DNA of 61,853 bases, counting the filler, from Porpidia crustulata (Eukaryota): assembly GCA_964255105.1 (NCBI GenBank). It is 9 parts of 9 records of this genome, joined end to end, with 100 filler letters (N's around TTAATTAATTAA, not from the genome) between each part and the next. Parts side by side here need not be neighbours in the genome. Positions count along the whole stretch, not along the records: positions 1 to 6,806 come from CAXUWE010001455.1; positions 6,907 to 13,707 come from CAXUWE010001456.1; 7 more parts are not named here. One strand, 5' to 3'. Shown here piece by piece: positions 1-11,757 of the stretch (the stretch's first letter is position 1; every line of letters starts with the position of its first letter). The notes under the pieces are model-generated. The model made no database searches and had not been told where the DNA came from. It saw only the letters and a program-made list of their open reading frames with translations. The position numbers and the translations under genes are program-made.

Positions 1-978
1 AAAGGGAGGAGGAGAGTGGTGGGCATGACGGAAAGCTCGGTGGCGTGATCGATATGAGGGAGTGGATAAGGAAATAATGTGATAGTTCAAGGTAAGGAGA
101 AATGGGATTTGGATGCGAATATTGAGATATATACTAAGAGATGGTGAGGGATCTAAGGAGGTTCGCAGAGGGAAAGGTAAAGTTCTGCAAAGCCGTAAGT
201 TCTGCTTTACATGTATCGTGGGAGGATGTATGATATTTGATAGCATTTTTCTGAGCAATCGGGTATGTCAAAAAGTTAGATGATGAATGATGGGACGAGA
301 CAGGAAAATCAGAAGGTGTTTTTGTGTGCAGCGGCTGATGTGTTGGTGGTTGAGCTTCGCCAAACGTACGTTTGTTGCCAAAAAGGGAGCAAATGGTTGG
401 CAAAAAAGGAATGTTTCTGGACGTGCTGCCGATGGATTCAAAACAATTCGAGATGAATAATGGTAGTGGGTTATTGTACAACATCCATTCTCATAGATTC
501 GAAACATTGCCCCATGGAACTGCCCGATCTGGTAGTTAGATTCTCTCTCACATTGCGGTATTCAGTCGCTATCAGCTTCGATCGTCCCGCAAATTTTGGA
601 CAAACCACTCAGAAGCACATATTCGAGAAAGATCAAACGTGATTGACCGAGTAGACCAAATGAATATGAGTTAAATAAGTAAAAAAGTAGACTCGTGAGA
701 CAGTTGGGTTGCGCAATAGCAGTACAAAAAGGCAATGATATAGATACCAAGTTTAAAAGTGCCAATAATGGACCACATCTTTACTCATGTTTTTATTGGT
801 AGAAAAGGACTGGTGCGAAGAGTACTGCTTTGCATTCTTGTCGAATCCATTTGCAATTTTGGAGTCCTATGCTAAAATAGTAAAGGATGCGTATGTGCGG
901 TCACAGTCCATTATTCGTTATTTTCAGACATACATGAAGTAGGCTACCAAACCCAAGGACACCTGCTTGGGGTGAAAA

Positions 979-1859
979 CTACTGGTTTCCTCTCTTCGCA
1001 TCCTCCTCGTCATTCTTGGGTATACCAACCAACTTGGGTACCGTGACGGAATTAAGTTGGCGGAAAATCTATCGAGCACATTAGCACGACACAAAACCTT
1101 GGCTGCGGTCTCAGCCCCAGCAGATGGTGGCAGGCAAGCGGTGGAAATCCACTCACTTGCCACCACCACATGTCCCAAGTAAAACTCCACATCCACCAGG
1201 CCCATCCCTCGCCATAGTGCACCCACCACCAAGGGCTAAATAATTGCTCAACACTCACATTTGTGAAGCTACTATCCGGTAGCTGGCCATCCCATTTGTC
1301 TTCAACTTTTGTGATCTTTCCGGAAGCCTTGTCGTAGAAGATGTTAATCTTGCTACTGACGATCTGTTCCTTGCCGATGCCCTTGACTACATAGCGAGTT
1401 TTGAGATCCATTCCGATAGGATTGCCAGCACTAGTTACTTCATGGTGCAGGCGCTCGATCTCCTTGAAAGCACTTTGGAGTCCGTACTAAAATAGATGTT
1501 AGTAATTGATTGAGGGAGAGGGCTAGGTAGGCTTACCCATTGAGGCTCGTATTGCTTTCGACCTTCCGCCTTAGTTATAGGGTCCTCGAAGACGCCATCA
1601 TCAGCCCATAGTTGGAGTTTCTTCAACGACGGGCGTCCGGCAAACAGCTAATTACTGCGTTAGTCTCCATAAACCAAGTCGAGCGGATCTGGAAAAGGCT
1701 TACATCTAGAACACTTCCTACAAGAGTGTTCTGGTGCTCGTCAAGGGAGACGCCAGAGGCAGTCCTTATGTTTGTGTTCTCAATGTTTGCATCGACTTTG
1801 GGAAACGTCAATTCATTCTACTAGGTCTGATGAACAGTAAGAGACATACCGTTGGACAT
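979..1859 (-). CDS. Conserved fungal NTF2/SnoaL-like fold protein, 5 exons (1859-1850, 1795-1704, 1647-1537, 1486-1259 or 1486-1157, 1068-979)
   Basis: GT..AG introns join the ORF fragments into MSNVDANIENT...VGSVLDLFAGRPSLKKLQLWADDGVFEDPITKAEGRKQYEPQWYGLQ...GKITKVEDKWDGQLPDSSFTN-IFRQLNSVTVPKLVGIPKNDEEDAKRGNQ*. The 'W.DD.VFEDP...EGR' and 'GKI..VEDKW' segments are typical of the NTF2/SnoaL fold. Confidence 0.8.
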
Positions 1860-3237
1860 TTTGCGTAACTGATAAATTGGAAGAGTGGAACTTGGCCTTG
1901 GTACTCGTAATTGACTCAAATTTTTTGGTTGCTTGAACGATCTTTGGAGAGTTGTTGGAATAGCAGGATAACGCATAAGGTATTATGGAAGAATTAAAGA
2001 GAGACTTATTTTGCGATGGCTGTCATTATGAAGATCTTCGAAGGCGTTGTAGGACCCTTGAGCGCGTCATAATCCCAATACTCACTAACATTGCATCATG
2101 ACACTTCGGACCGGCTTATCTAAATCCGGGGATCGTATTTTTAACTTTACGTGCAGGTGAGAACGAGTCTAAGGTATTTCAAGATGTTTTGTGTGCAGAT
2201 ATTCCATGTCGCCACGTCGGTATCCAGTGATGTTCTGCTTCAAGCGTTGTCTTGCCCCCAATCAAATATACCCCTTAATCGAACATCGCACCTAGGGTTA
2301 GGGCTCAATAAACATATATTCTACATCATGGCTTTTCAAATGTAGAGTTGTCCTTACAATGACTTCTGCGAGGATGAAAATGCGCGTTATTAAGCGGAAG
2401 ACTTTTGGCGAACGGTGCTTTTAATTCCTATGGCTAAGGGACCGCATCACAGTGATCTATACAGAACGAGACCTTGTGAATCACGTTCAAATACTTCTTC
2501 CTGCTACCCAAAAGTCGGGGCTTAGGGTTTAAGAGGGTTAAGGAAGAATTGCATTGCCTGGTCAAGTGATAGCTGACGGACACGGGAATTTCGTATGTCG
2601 TGACCTTAGAATTCAGAATGAAATACAATCCCAAAATTGACGCGGTGACGCCTAAGAACACAGAACTTTACTACTACTGCGGAGGTATTTGCTGAGGCAT
2701 ATTTGATTGATTTTTGCAAGCACGAGTGCAGAGATACAAGATGGTGGAGGAAGTATCGCTAGGGCTTGTGCTCACGGGGTCTACATAGAGAGACTGGTGC
2801 CTTTAGAGGATGAGGGGATGAGCAAGCGTTGTCGCTTGCCAAGACAGGTGGCCTGCAATTGGCATGCATATCGCTATATCGCCGTGTGCAAAGTGGTAGA
2901 TCTGAAAAGGAAATGGCGGGAAAGCCCCAAAAGGCCGATAACACTGCTTTTGATACTGCAGCCATCACTTTATTTGTTCAATTAGCTGTAACATGCTCAA
3001 TACCGTAGATTGAAGCCATACACGCTATTTACCTTCAAATAGATTATTTGATTCCGCTGCCATTTTAAGTCTTTCTTCAAGTCTGTTTTTAAGACTTTCA
3101 CAAGTTCTTCATCATGTTTTCAATCTAGTCTTTTACTAAACTTTCTATTGTGTTCTTTATATGAACAAAGTTACAGAATAAAGGCACTTGGACCCTTGGC
3201 TTCAAGTACCATGAGATAAGCCTTTGGGAAATGCTTA

Positions 3238-3759
3238 TTAATGATGATGACCTGCCGTGGCAACCTTCAAGATCTCATCCTCAAACCCGGGCACGTGTAT
3301 GAATGTGATACCAGCTTGCTCAAGTCTTGCCCTTCCCTTGTTTTCTCCAATAAATGTTTCTGGCTCTGCTACTCCAACATAGATTATCTTGATCCCACCG
3401 CTACCAGGTGAGTGTGTTTTCAAGATCATCTCAGTGCAGGGTAGATTTCCAATTGATCTCTTATTGCAAGGTTCCATTGTCGTATAGAGGGCCGTGTTCT
3501 CAGGCAGGACACTTCCAACCTCGTCGGCTAAAACTCCTTTCAACTCACTGAACTTCTCGAGACAGCATTGCTCAGCATGTGTATTTCCTGGTAGCTCTAA
3601 GGTGTAACCAGTCGATAGAATATGATTCGAAGTCTTGTCAAGAAGCACGGCTCCAACACAGAAGTTCGTCGGCTTTGGAGTGGACTTTTGCGCTAGAGTC
3701 AATGCGAGTCGCATATATGCTTCATGATCTTCAGGACTGATTGGCAGGGGTTCAGCCAT
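3238..3759 (-). CDS. Cytidine-deaminase-fold zinc enzyme, probable DRAP deaminase of riboflavin synthesis (Rib2 deaminase domain, stand-alone)
   Basis: Single exon from MAEPLP (ATG at 3759). Motifs FCVGAVL, GYTLELPGNTHAEQC and LYTTMEPCNKR...PC provide the HAE / PCxx..C zinc ligands. Confidence 0.8.
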   Translation of the reverse strand: MAEPLPISPEDHEAYMRLALTLAQKSTPKPTNFCVGAVLLDKTSNHILSTGYTLELPGNTHAEQCCLEKFSELKGVLADEVGSVLPENTALYTTMEPCNKRSIGNLPCTEMILKTHSPGSGGIKIIYVGVAEPETFIGENKGRARLEQAGITFIHVPGFEDEILKVATAGHHH

Positions 3760-4604
3760 GAACAAGGCCAGCTGTATTGAGAATTTGTTGGTGAGAATCC
3801 ATCGTGACTTCAAAAAGAAATATAAGAATGCGGAAGGATTCCGCAATGTCAGATCCTTACTTTGCACGCTTCGTACTCTTGACAACAACCGGATCAACAA
3901 CGACACGATTTACCAGCACTTCTGGGAATTTATCGATAGAATATGTCATTCAGGCACAGGAGATGATAATAGAATCTCTTCCAGGTTTCACCCGCGCCCT
4001 GCGGATAAAGCATATAGCCGCCGTTTCACCCTCGATCCAGGACCACGGAGAGATATGCGGCCAAAACAGAGCTGTGCAATTTACCAAAGCCTAGCTATTT
4101 TTTCCTACTATGTGTTGATCAAACAGCTCCAAACACTTTTAGCTTCGATTGTAGATGTGTTTGATTCTAATGTTCTATGTTTCCGGGCGGGTTGAGAAAT
4201 ATATGGAGAGGCGGCTCTGATTTCCCTCATAGCCTAGGAAAGCATTCAATTCCTTTCATCTACCGGATGGTCTCATTCAAACGGCCATGAAACAGCGCGT
4301 CAGCCACGTTCCTGTGGAAAAATTTCCCGAGGATGATGCTAGACTCAGTCTAAGGATAGACTTATAACAGCAAATCTTCATCCACTATCATTGGCTGTAA
4401 CGAATTCCGAGATCCTAAAACTGCAAGCTTCAACGTCAGCTCAAGATTCCCATCTGCAGATGCCCCTCCTTTCCCTTCGATCGAATGAGGGTATAAGTGA
4501 CGCTTTCGTTATTCGATATCATCGGAAGATCTCCTTTCTCGACAGAGAACCATACTGCGAAATTTGTTTTCATACCAAGATCACCTGAGCCTTGCATTAC
4601 TGTG

Positions 4605-6234
4605 ATGCATTACTTTACTATATTCCTATTCACTTCGTGGTTGCTGCAGGACCTAGCTCTAGGTGTTCCAATGAGGTAAAATCCTACAACTTCTTCCAGA
4701 CGATGGTCTTGACTACTATTAAGATGCCTCCAGCAATACACAATTCTTGGGAAGAGACGAATCCATAAGACTGCAAAAACGGATCGGCAAGGACCGCCTA
4801 TATGCCAATATTTACTGCACAGAAGAACAGAAGGCATTCGAGGCTCAGGCCTGGGAAGATGCTTTGATTATTGGAGACGCTTTAGGGCAATGGAGCCCGC
4901 GAGGACATGGACAGCAAGCGGTTGACTTGTACCTTGGTACAGATTCAAGTCAAATGTCTATTTGGGATCAATCTTGGTTTGATATCCTGCGAAGTATGTC
5001 ACCATTCGATGAATAGACTTGTTGCATTCACGATTGGCTTCGGTCTCGAGTATCCTGTGATTTTCATGCATGGTTTCATATCGCTACGAAGCTTCATTGC
5101 CTCTTTTTCAATGGCTTCTATCTTTACTATCGAAAGTGGAATTGATTTGATTCGCACTTGAGCGGCTATTATTTACTGAGGACTTGACTTATAACTGCGT
5201 AGGAAACATCCAGGGAGCGCTTAGTGTTCACGACAACATTCCACCAACCCGCAATGTGTTTGTATTTTGCTCTGAACCACCGTATATCGGTTATTTCTGC
5301 AACGGCACCGGTTCCCCTACGGCCTACACGTAAGCCGTACCTGACATAACACAATTTTTCTTGACAGCCATTTGAGCCCCACGAGTAACAACTGTTTCAC
5401 AGCTATACCGACAGAGGTACCTTTTATGTATGTGCTCGGCGCCTCTTGTTTCTTCTACTAGCAGGTAAGATTAACAAACGCAAAGGACAATCACTACATG
5501 GTTTTTTGTCCAAAATTTTACAATGCCGATACTTTGCATGCTGCGTTAGAAAAGGCCAATAATGGCACTTACGATGTAACGAAGGTCCAGCCTTTCAGCA
5601 GGACTTCTGGAGCTACCTACTACCATGAGTCTCTACACTGGGTAGGGCTCACATCCACCTATGCTTATCCCGGTAAGTTCTCCCAACCGCAATCCCTATC
5701 AAACGCACGTATGAGTTACACTAACCCAAATCCCAGTCTGGGACAGTCCAGACGGCACCCTCAGAGGCAAACCGAAACTCTACAATTCCGTCGCCGTAGC
5801 GGCCGGCGCCAAGACATACAACACCGCAGGCATGGTGCACGTTTGTACGAACCCTCTCCCTTCATCCCAATCAAGCGCCAACACAGCTAACCTCCATCGA
5901 CAAAGCCGACGCCTACGCCCTAGCAGGCCTGGCAATACTCGTCCAAGACTTCTTCAAGCTCCCAGAACCTCCGGGACCCGACGAACTGGCCACGCGGGAC
6001 ATTGCATCGGACCAGCTGTACGCGGCAGACGACGGACCTCCGCCTTACGATAACGAGACCCGTCCCGCGGAACTGCCGGATCCAAATACCCCAGATAACA
6101 AGGCGATTCGACCGTTCCTGACTCTCCCGGCCGCGCTTGCTGGTCCACCGTCTGCGGACCTGCCTCCTGCTGGCCAAGCTGCGGCGAGCACTCAACTTAC
6201 GACGAATCCGAAGGTGGTAGCTGGGACATCATGA
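4605..6234 (+). CDS. Secreted zinc metallopeptidase-like protein (zincin, M35/deuterolysin-like), multi-exon
   Basis: Signal-peptide-like start MHYFTIFLFTSWLLQDLALG; MVFCPKFY followed by YYHESLHW (HExxH at 5624-5638); downstream 'DAYALAGLA' resembles the NADSYA motif; Pro-rich tail ends at TGA 6232-6234. Internal exon limits are approximate. Confidence 0.6.
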
Positions 6235-6806
6235 GGCGCCGTACTTGGATCTGTGTACCTGCAGCATATAGCGTGGTTCGGATACGATGAGAAAGATCTT
6301 GGTGATTTATCATCTTATCCCCCAGATTCATCTTGGCACGGATATAGCAACAGTCTCCCTTTCCAAGAACGCTTCGCGACGTCTTTCACTCCCGGCAAGC
6401 CTGACCATATATTCTCGTGCTTCGCGATTGATACCAACACGGTGACCTCCATCCAGTCCACGAAATCAAAGCAATCTCCATTACTATGCTTGTATTGTAA
6501 AATTAAGCACAAAGACGTATCCCCATCTTACCAAACATTCCCCCCTCACACAAAAGAAAGGCCCCAAAGCTCCATACAAATCCTAGAAGAAAAAGCTTGA
6601 ATTGTTTTTTAAACAAAGATCCCCGTGCTCCAGTTTCATGGACCAGATCTACCCATCCACCAGCCGCGTCCTAGAATCTCGAAAAAAACCACAGCTTCCA
6701 CGATCTTCATCAACCGCCTACCCAACCCAACCAACTAAAAAATCCTTGAACCCCCCCAAAATCCCCATCCCACACCTCCAAATCCAAAACCTTTATATCC
6801 CCAAGC

Positions 6807-6906
6807 NNNNNNNNNNNNNNNNNNNNNNNNNNNNNNNNNNNNNNNNNNNNTTAATTAATTAANNNNNNNNNNNNNNNNNNNNNNNNNNNNNNNNNNNNNN
6901 NNNNNN
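6807..6906. other. Artificial contig spacer
   Basis: N44-TTAATTAATTAA-N44 (stops in all six frames). Confidence 0.99.
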
Positions 6907-7050
6907 GGTGATGTTATATCATTTTGCCTGACGCGTATAGACAAGAGAGAAAAATCAATATTGTAGGATTATGAAAATCATCGGATGCAAACCCAACTTT
7001 CCACAATTTGGACAAAGTTCCATTCCATAGTCAAACTCATCCATCCTAAG

Positions 7051-8754
7051 CTATTGCACTCGAAAATGAGTTGCCGCACTCCGCCCACACAGCCACAACA
7101 ACGCCTCCTCGTCACCTCCAATCGGGTGATGTACTTCGCATAATGGGAATATGTCATCGTCTGTTTCCATGAGAGAGTGTAAACGAAGGCTCTGAAGCTG
7201 GAAAAGACCCTTCAGCTTATAGAACGTCGCTTCCCAAGTCCCCCATCGTTGGACAACGCGGGAGATCCCGGTTGATTTGTCAAACGCCGACGTGCGGCCT
7301 TTCGCCAGTAGAATATCATCGAGCACCAGGGTCTTCAACGTGCTCGTGAAGGCTTTGAGGAAACGGACGAACTGGTTCGAGCTCACCATGAAATACGCTA
7401 GGTCCAATTTGCTGAGCGGACGACATGGATTGGATCCTAGATATCCATACAGGGGAAGTATTAGCAGCCCGTGTGTGCTTCCGGCTTTGCGCAATCCAGT
7501 GCAATGGATTGTGAGCTCTTCGAGGGAGGCGGCCGGCTCGATGATGCACTGGATTACTAGGTCTGAGAGAGAGTCAACCACCTTTGCTTTCTCCACCCCT
7601 TCTTGGCGTGACCATTTCTGCTCATATGTACACATGTCCCGCAGTTCTAGTATTCTCAAATTTTTGAATATCCTCAAGCCAATAAAACCTAGCAGACCAA
7701 GAAAGAGGAATTCGGGATAGAGCCCCAAGGGCACTTCACCACCGTCACTCCACGCGCTGTCTCCATTGCCCGTTATCCGAAAGCTACTGAGCTTCAGACG
7801 TGAGTACCACATCGCTGAAATCAAAGACGATAGGGGCTCTGGAGCAAACATAACTTCAGGCCAGTTCGAGTGCAGGCGTTTGTCAAGGTTGAAGAAGTAT
7901 CGATGTCCAAGATCTCGCCGTGCTTCTTCGCTCCGATAAAGATTATCGATGGTAATAATGCTCAAGTGTTCTAAGCGTCTCAAGGCAGCGGCGATGTCTT
8001 TTTTATTACGCTTCAGCCCCTGAAAAGACCTGAGAAATTGGCGATGCTCAGTCCACCTCTGTGATAGCGAAGGCCACCCGGCGCAATGCTGGCAATCTTT
8101 TCCTGGAATTCTTGCCAAGGTATGAAAATTTTCCAAGCTCAGGTCCTCCGGTGCCATAGATACGATGCCGTGTTTCTCGTGCCAATGGCTCTCAAGAAAG
8201 ATCTCCAAGTCGATGTCTTGAGGCACTTCAATAGCCAGAACAAGCTCCTCCACAAATTCTTGGATGATTGGATGACGAGAAAATCTGACAAGTTTCTGAA
8301 CACTCTTTTCTTCAGCCCAAACATGATGTTGACCGAAGCGGCACCGGCCTTCTTTTTCAAGCAAGCCCTTGGCGCACAGCCAGTGCGGAAGGTTGAGTAT
8401 GTCATCGTCTGACAGATATTCGAAGACCTGCCCAAGTATCTCGGCTGGTAAGTGATCTATGGTTCCGCGCGGCGACGATGGCGATATGAAACCTGTTATG
8501 GCGAAAAAGATTTGGAGAGCATTGGTGATGTCGTCGACATCTATGGGCGTCTGAAGTGAGATTTGCTTCGTCATTCTCGTGGATTTCTGGAAGATGACCA
8601 GCTTCGTAGCTAGCGTGAGTGTTTGGAAAGCATAGACGAGTACTTCCATCGTTCGTGCTGATATTTCCGATATCTGAGCGTTCATCATGCTGAGTACTCG
8701 AGGAACAAAGACGTCGTGGGATCCAAAGATGAACTTGATGGAAAGAAGGTTCAT
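7051..8754 (-). CDS. F-box-like protein with a divergent LRR/RNI-like C-terminal region
   Basis: 567-aa uninterrupted ORF. IDHLPAEILGQVFEYL is F-box-like; repeated LxxLxL units occur (LRILELRD, LEELTIH, LSKLDLAY, LKTLVLDD, LQSLRLHS). The true start is uncertain. Confidence 0.7.
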   Translation of the reverse strand: MNLLSIKFIFGSHDVFVPRVLSMMNAQISEISARTMEVLVYAFQTLTLATKLVIFQKSTRMTKQISLQTPIDVDDITNALQIFFAITGFISPSSPRGTIDHLPAEILGQVFEYLSDDDILNLPHWLCAKGLLEKEGRCRFGQHHVWAEEKSVQKLVRFSRHPIIQEFVEELVLAIEVPQDIDLEIFLESHWHEKHGIVSMAPEDLSLENFHTLARIPGKDCQHCAGWPSLSQRWTEHRQFLRSFQGLKRNKKDIAAALRRLEHLSIITIDNLYRSEEARRDLGHRYFFNLDKRLHSNWPEVMFAPEPLSSLISAMWYSRLKLSSFRITGNGDSAWSDGGEVPLGLYPEFLFLGLLGFIGLRIFKNLRILELRDMCTYEQKWSRQEGVEKAKVVDSLSDLVIQCIIEPAASLEELTIHCTGLRKAGSTHGLLILPLYGYLGSNPCRPLSKLDLAYFMVSSNQFVRFLKAFTSTLKTLVLDDILLAKGRTSAFDKSTGISRVVQRWGTWEATFYKLKGLFQLQSLRLHSLMETDDDIFPLCEVHHPIGGDEEALLWLCGRSAATHFRVQ

Positions 8755-10043
8755 ACTTGTATATAGTCCTCCAGGATCGATGAAGTTTTTGATGAATCAG
8801 CCGGAGATCCACATGACTGCAAGAACGATACCTAAATGAACAACGCTAAAGAGTCATTGAAATCAATCAGACAAGACTGTCCGCATATTTTCAAGGCACT
8901 ATAAGATAATATATGCTGATACGAGACATGGCTTTTCTTCTGACCATCGACATAATATCGTTGCGATGTGGCAAATAAACCTAGGTTACAGTCGTGAAGT
9001 TTCAGGTTGCGTCATGGTCTTTCGACCAGTCAGAAAGATGAGTGAATAAAGGTGTTCTCAACACGAGCTGACTTATTTTGAAGTGAATCTAAAGTACTGA
9101 AGTCTGTAGAACACATCATTGTCATGCTCTACCTTGGAGCCTTCTCATGAAATTTGGCTGAGTAATTGTTAAAGAGGAATTGTTAAAATGATAATGTGAT
9201 TTTGCTGTTGGGCGTGGGAAAGGGAGGCTCAAGTGAGTAAGATACCGTTTTCTAGAAACACTCTGATTATGCTCAGACCAGCCCCAGAGAGGCTTGCAGA
9301 GGCTGGCTTATGTCGTCGATGGCTTTCCAGTAGACATACCTTCTCCAGGAGAACATCGGGTGTTTCGTGGGAAGGTGGAGTGAATGAATGCAAAGAGTTA
9401 CATCGCACGATTGCGGACCTGCCAGCCTAGTAGCCGAGCAGCTTCATAGCCAGTCGCTTGGAGTTCTATGTGCTACAGGTGAGTCCTAGAATGGTGAACG
9501 AAAAGATGGAAAAGCTACTGGCATAGGTATTCATCAATCATTTACTTTGGCTTGGCAATTGGAAGCTGTAATTTTTAGGATTCAGCTGAAGGGTGAGGGT
9601 TCGCAGACTAGAGCATGCCTCAATTCACATTTCTCTAGAGTAATCGGGCCGCAAGTAATTGTCGATTCTGCGAAGGCTCCTTCCATATATCGTAAAATAG
9701 GTACTAACTATCATACATGCTACTGTAATGTAATCCGTTTAGTACATCACATGTTTCGTATCGTAGCCTAAGCTGATCGAGCCAGTCTAGCCAATCAAAG
9801 GGGCTTCAAGATCCGGCCCGAACCTTAACTTAACCGCTTTTGCTTGACCAAATCGTTGAATCATGAAAATAAGGTCAACGGGGTCTTCACATTCTCCTAG
9901 CTTTCCTCACTTCAACTGCTGTTAAGAATTAGGTCACCTCAACACTGGAGATCAAATTTGTCCGATCACTGAGGCCTTTTCGCCCTCTCAATGCGCAACA
10001 TCTCTGCCAGACAGCGCTGCGTAGATCCTTTACGAAAAGTAAA

Positions 10044-11757
10044 ATGATCGAACAGGCACAGACCAGTGCCAGGCTCGAAAAATCGACATTGCAGGATGGT
10101 CAATCAACGAGAAAGCCAAAGTTGACAGGTCGGGCCTTCTATGAAAGCATTGGTAGCCCGAAGATGATTCTAGCTCCCATGGTTGATCAGTCTGAGTTCG
10201 TACGCTTCTATTCTCTACCTCCATTTCAAGACTCGAGCTGAATTCTTTTTCCAGGCATGGCGTATGCTCACGAGGTCGTACATCCCTCCGGAGTCCTCGA
10301 AAAACCTTTTGGCATACACTCCAATGATTCATGCACGCTTGTTCAAAGAGGGTTCGAAGTTTCGCAATCATAATTTCCAGCCCGTTAGATCTAGCCTTGA
10401 GTCAATACCAGACCCCACCACTCTTTCGTCTTCCGATATCTACCTCGATGGCAACCCCTTGATTGATCGCCCGTTGTTCGTACAATTCTGCGCCAACGAT
10501 CCCGATGAATTGCTCGAGGCAGCCAAATACGTTCAGCCTTTCTGCGACGCGGTAGACTTAAATCTAGGATGTCCGCAAGGGATTGCCCGAAAAGGGCATT
10601 ACGGAGCTTTTCTGCAGGATGATTGGGACCTGATTTTTAGAATCGTAAACAACCTTCATGAGAACCTTGACGTGCCAATAACGGCGAAGATCCGAATACA
10701 AGAGACAAGAGAAAAGACCCTAGCATATGCAAAAGTCATACTCTCTGCTGGTGCTAGCGTCCTCACTGTTCATGGACGGCAAAGAGACCAGAAAGGGCAT
10801 AATACAGGTCTGGCTGATTGGTCTGTTTTACGATACCTCAGGGAGAATCTACCATCGGATACAGTCATCTTTGCGAATGGAAATATATTGCAACATGAAG
10901 ATATTCAGCGATGTTTGGAAGAGACGGGAGCGGATGGTGTCATGAGTGCAGAAGGCAACTTGTGCGACCCAACTATATTCTCTAGGCCTCCAGAGATTGG
11001 TCGTGAAGGCCGTAACTATTGGAGAGGCAGGGACCGTAAAGGAGGACACAGGATAGATTCAGTCTTCAGACGATACATGGATATTATTTATCAACATGTT
11101 CTGGAGGAGCCTGCCCCAGTACGCGCGCCGCTTTACTCACCATCTGATCCTGTGAACTTGAATGTTGTTCGAGATGTTCCTGCGACCGAGAGCATTGATA
11201 CCGATCAGCCGCCTACGAAGAAGCAGAAGCGTGAGAAATACATCAAGCCGACCTCGCCGAATATTCTAGCTATGCGGGCTCACCTTTTCCGCCTTCTGCG
11301 TCCTTTATTATCAATTCATACAAACATCCGGGATTCACTGGCGCGTTGTCGTGCTGGTGATATTTCTGCCTTCGAGAATGTGTTGCGCATGACCGAGCAA
11401 GCAGTGAAACAAGGTCTCATAGACTACGAATCAGACCCGAGCAGGCACGAAACCTCAAATATATTGGGGAATGGACTTGAGGAACAACAAGGAAAAGACG
11501 AGAGCTCTATAGCAACTGTTGATGCTTGTAAGCGACCTTGGTGGGTCTGTCAGCCCTATGTCCGGCCGTTACCACAAGAAGCGATCGAGAAAGGGAGTAT
11601 GAAGCTGGGGAAAAAGGCAGCCAAGAGATTGGAAGAAGAGGAAGCTTTGAAAGATCGCACATCGCAAGGTAAAGGACCTACGGAAAGAGAAATATTAGAG
11701 GAGACCATGGGAATGCCTGGTGCTGAAATGCCGAAAGAAAATATGGTATGTGGCTGA
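10044..11757 (+). CDS. DUS1: tRNA-dihydrouridine(16/17) synthase; exons 10044-10199 and 10255-11757
   Basis: Motifs ILAPMVDQSEFAWR, DRPLFVQFCAND, AVDLNLGCPQGIARKGHYGAFL, LTVHGR, IFANGNI and GVMSAEG; one GTACGC..CAG intron. Confidence 0.93.

Noticed and set aside
6851..6862. TTAATTAATTAA recurring every ~6.8 kb, resembling a regularly spaced repeat or piggyBac target
   Set aside because: Always centred in N44 pads; an artificial six-frame-stop linker.
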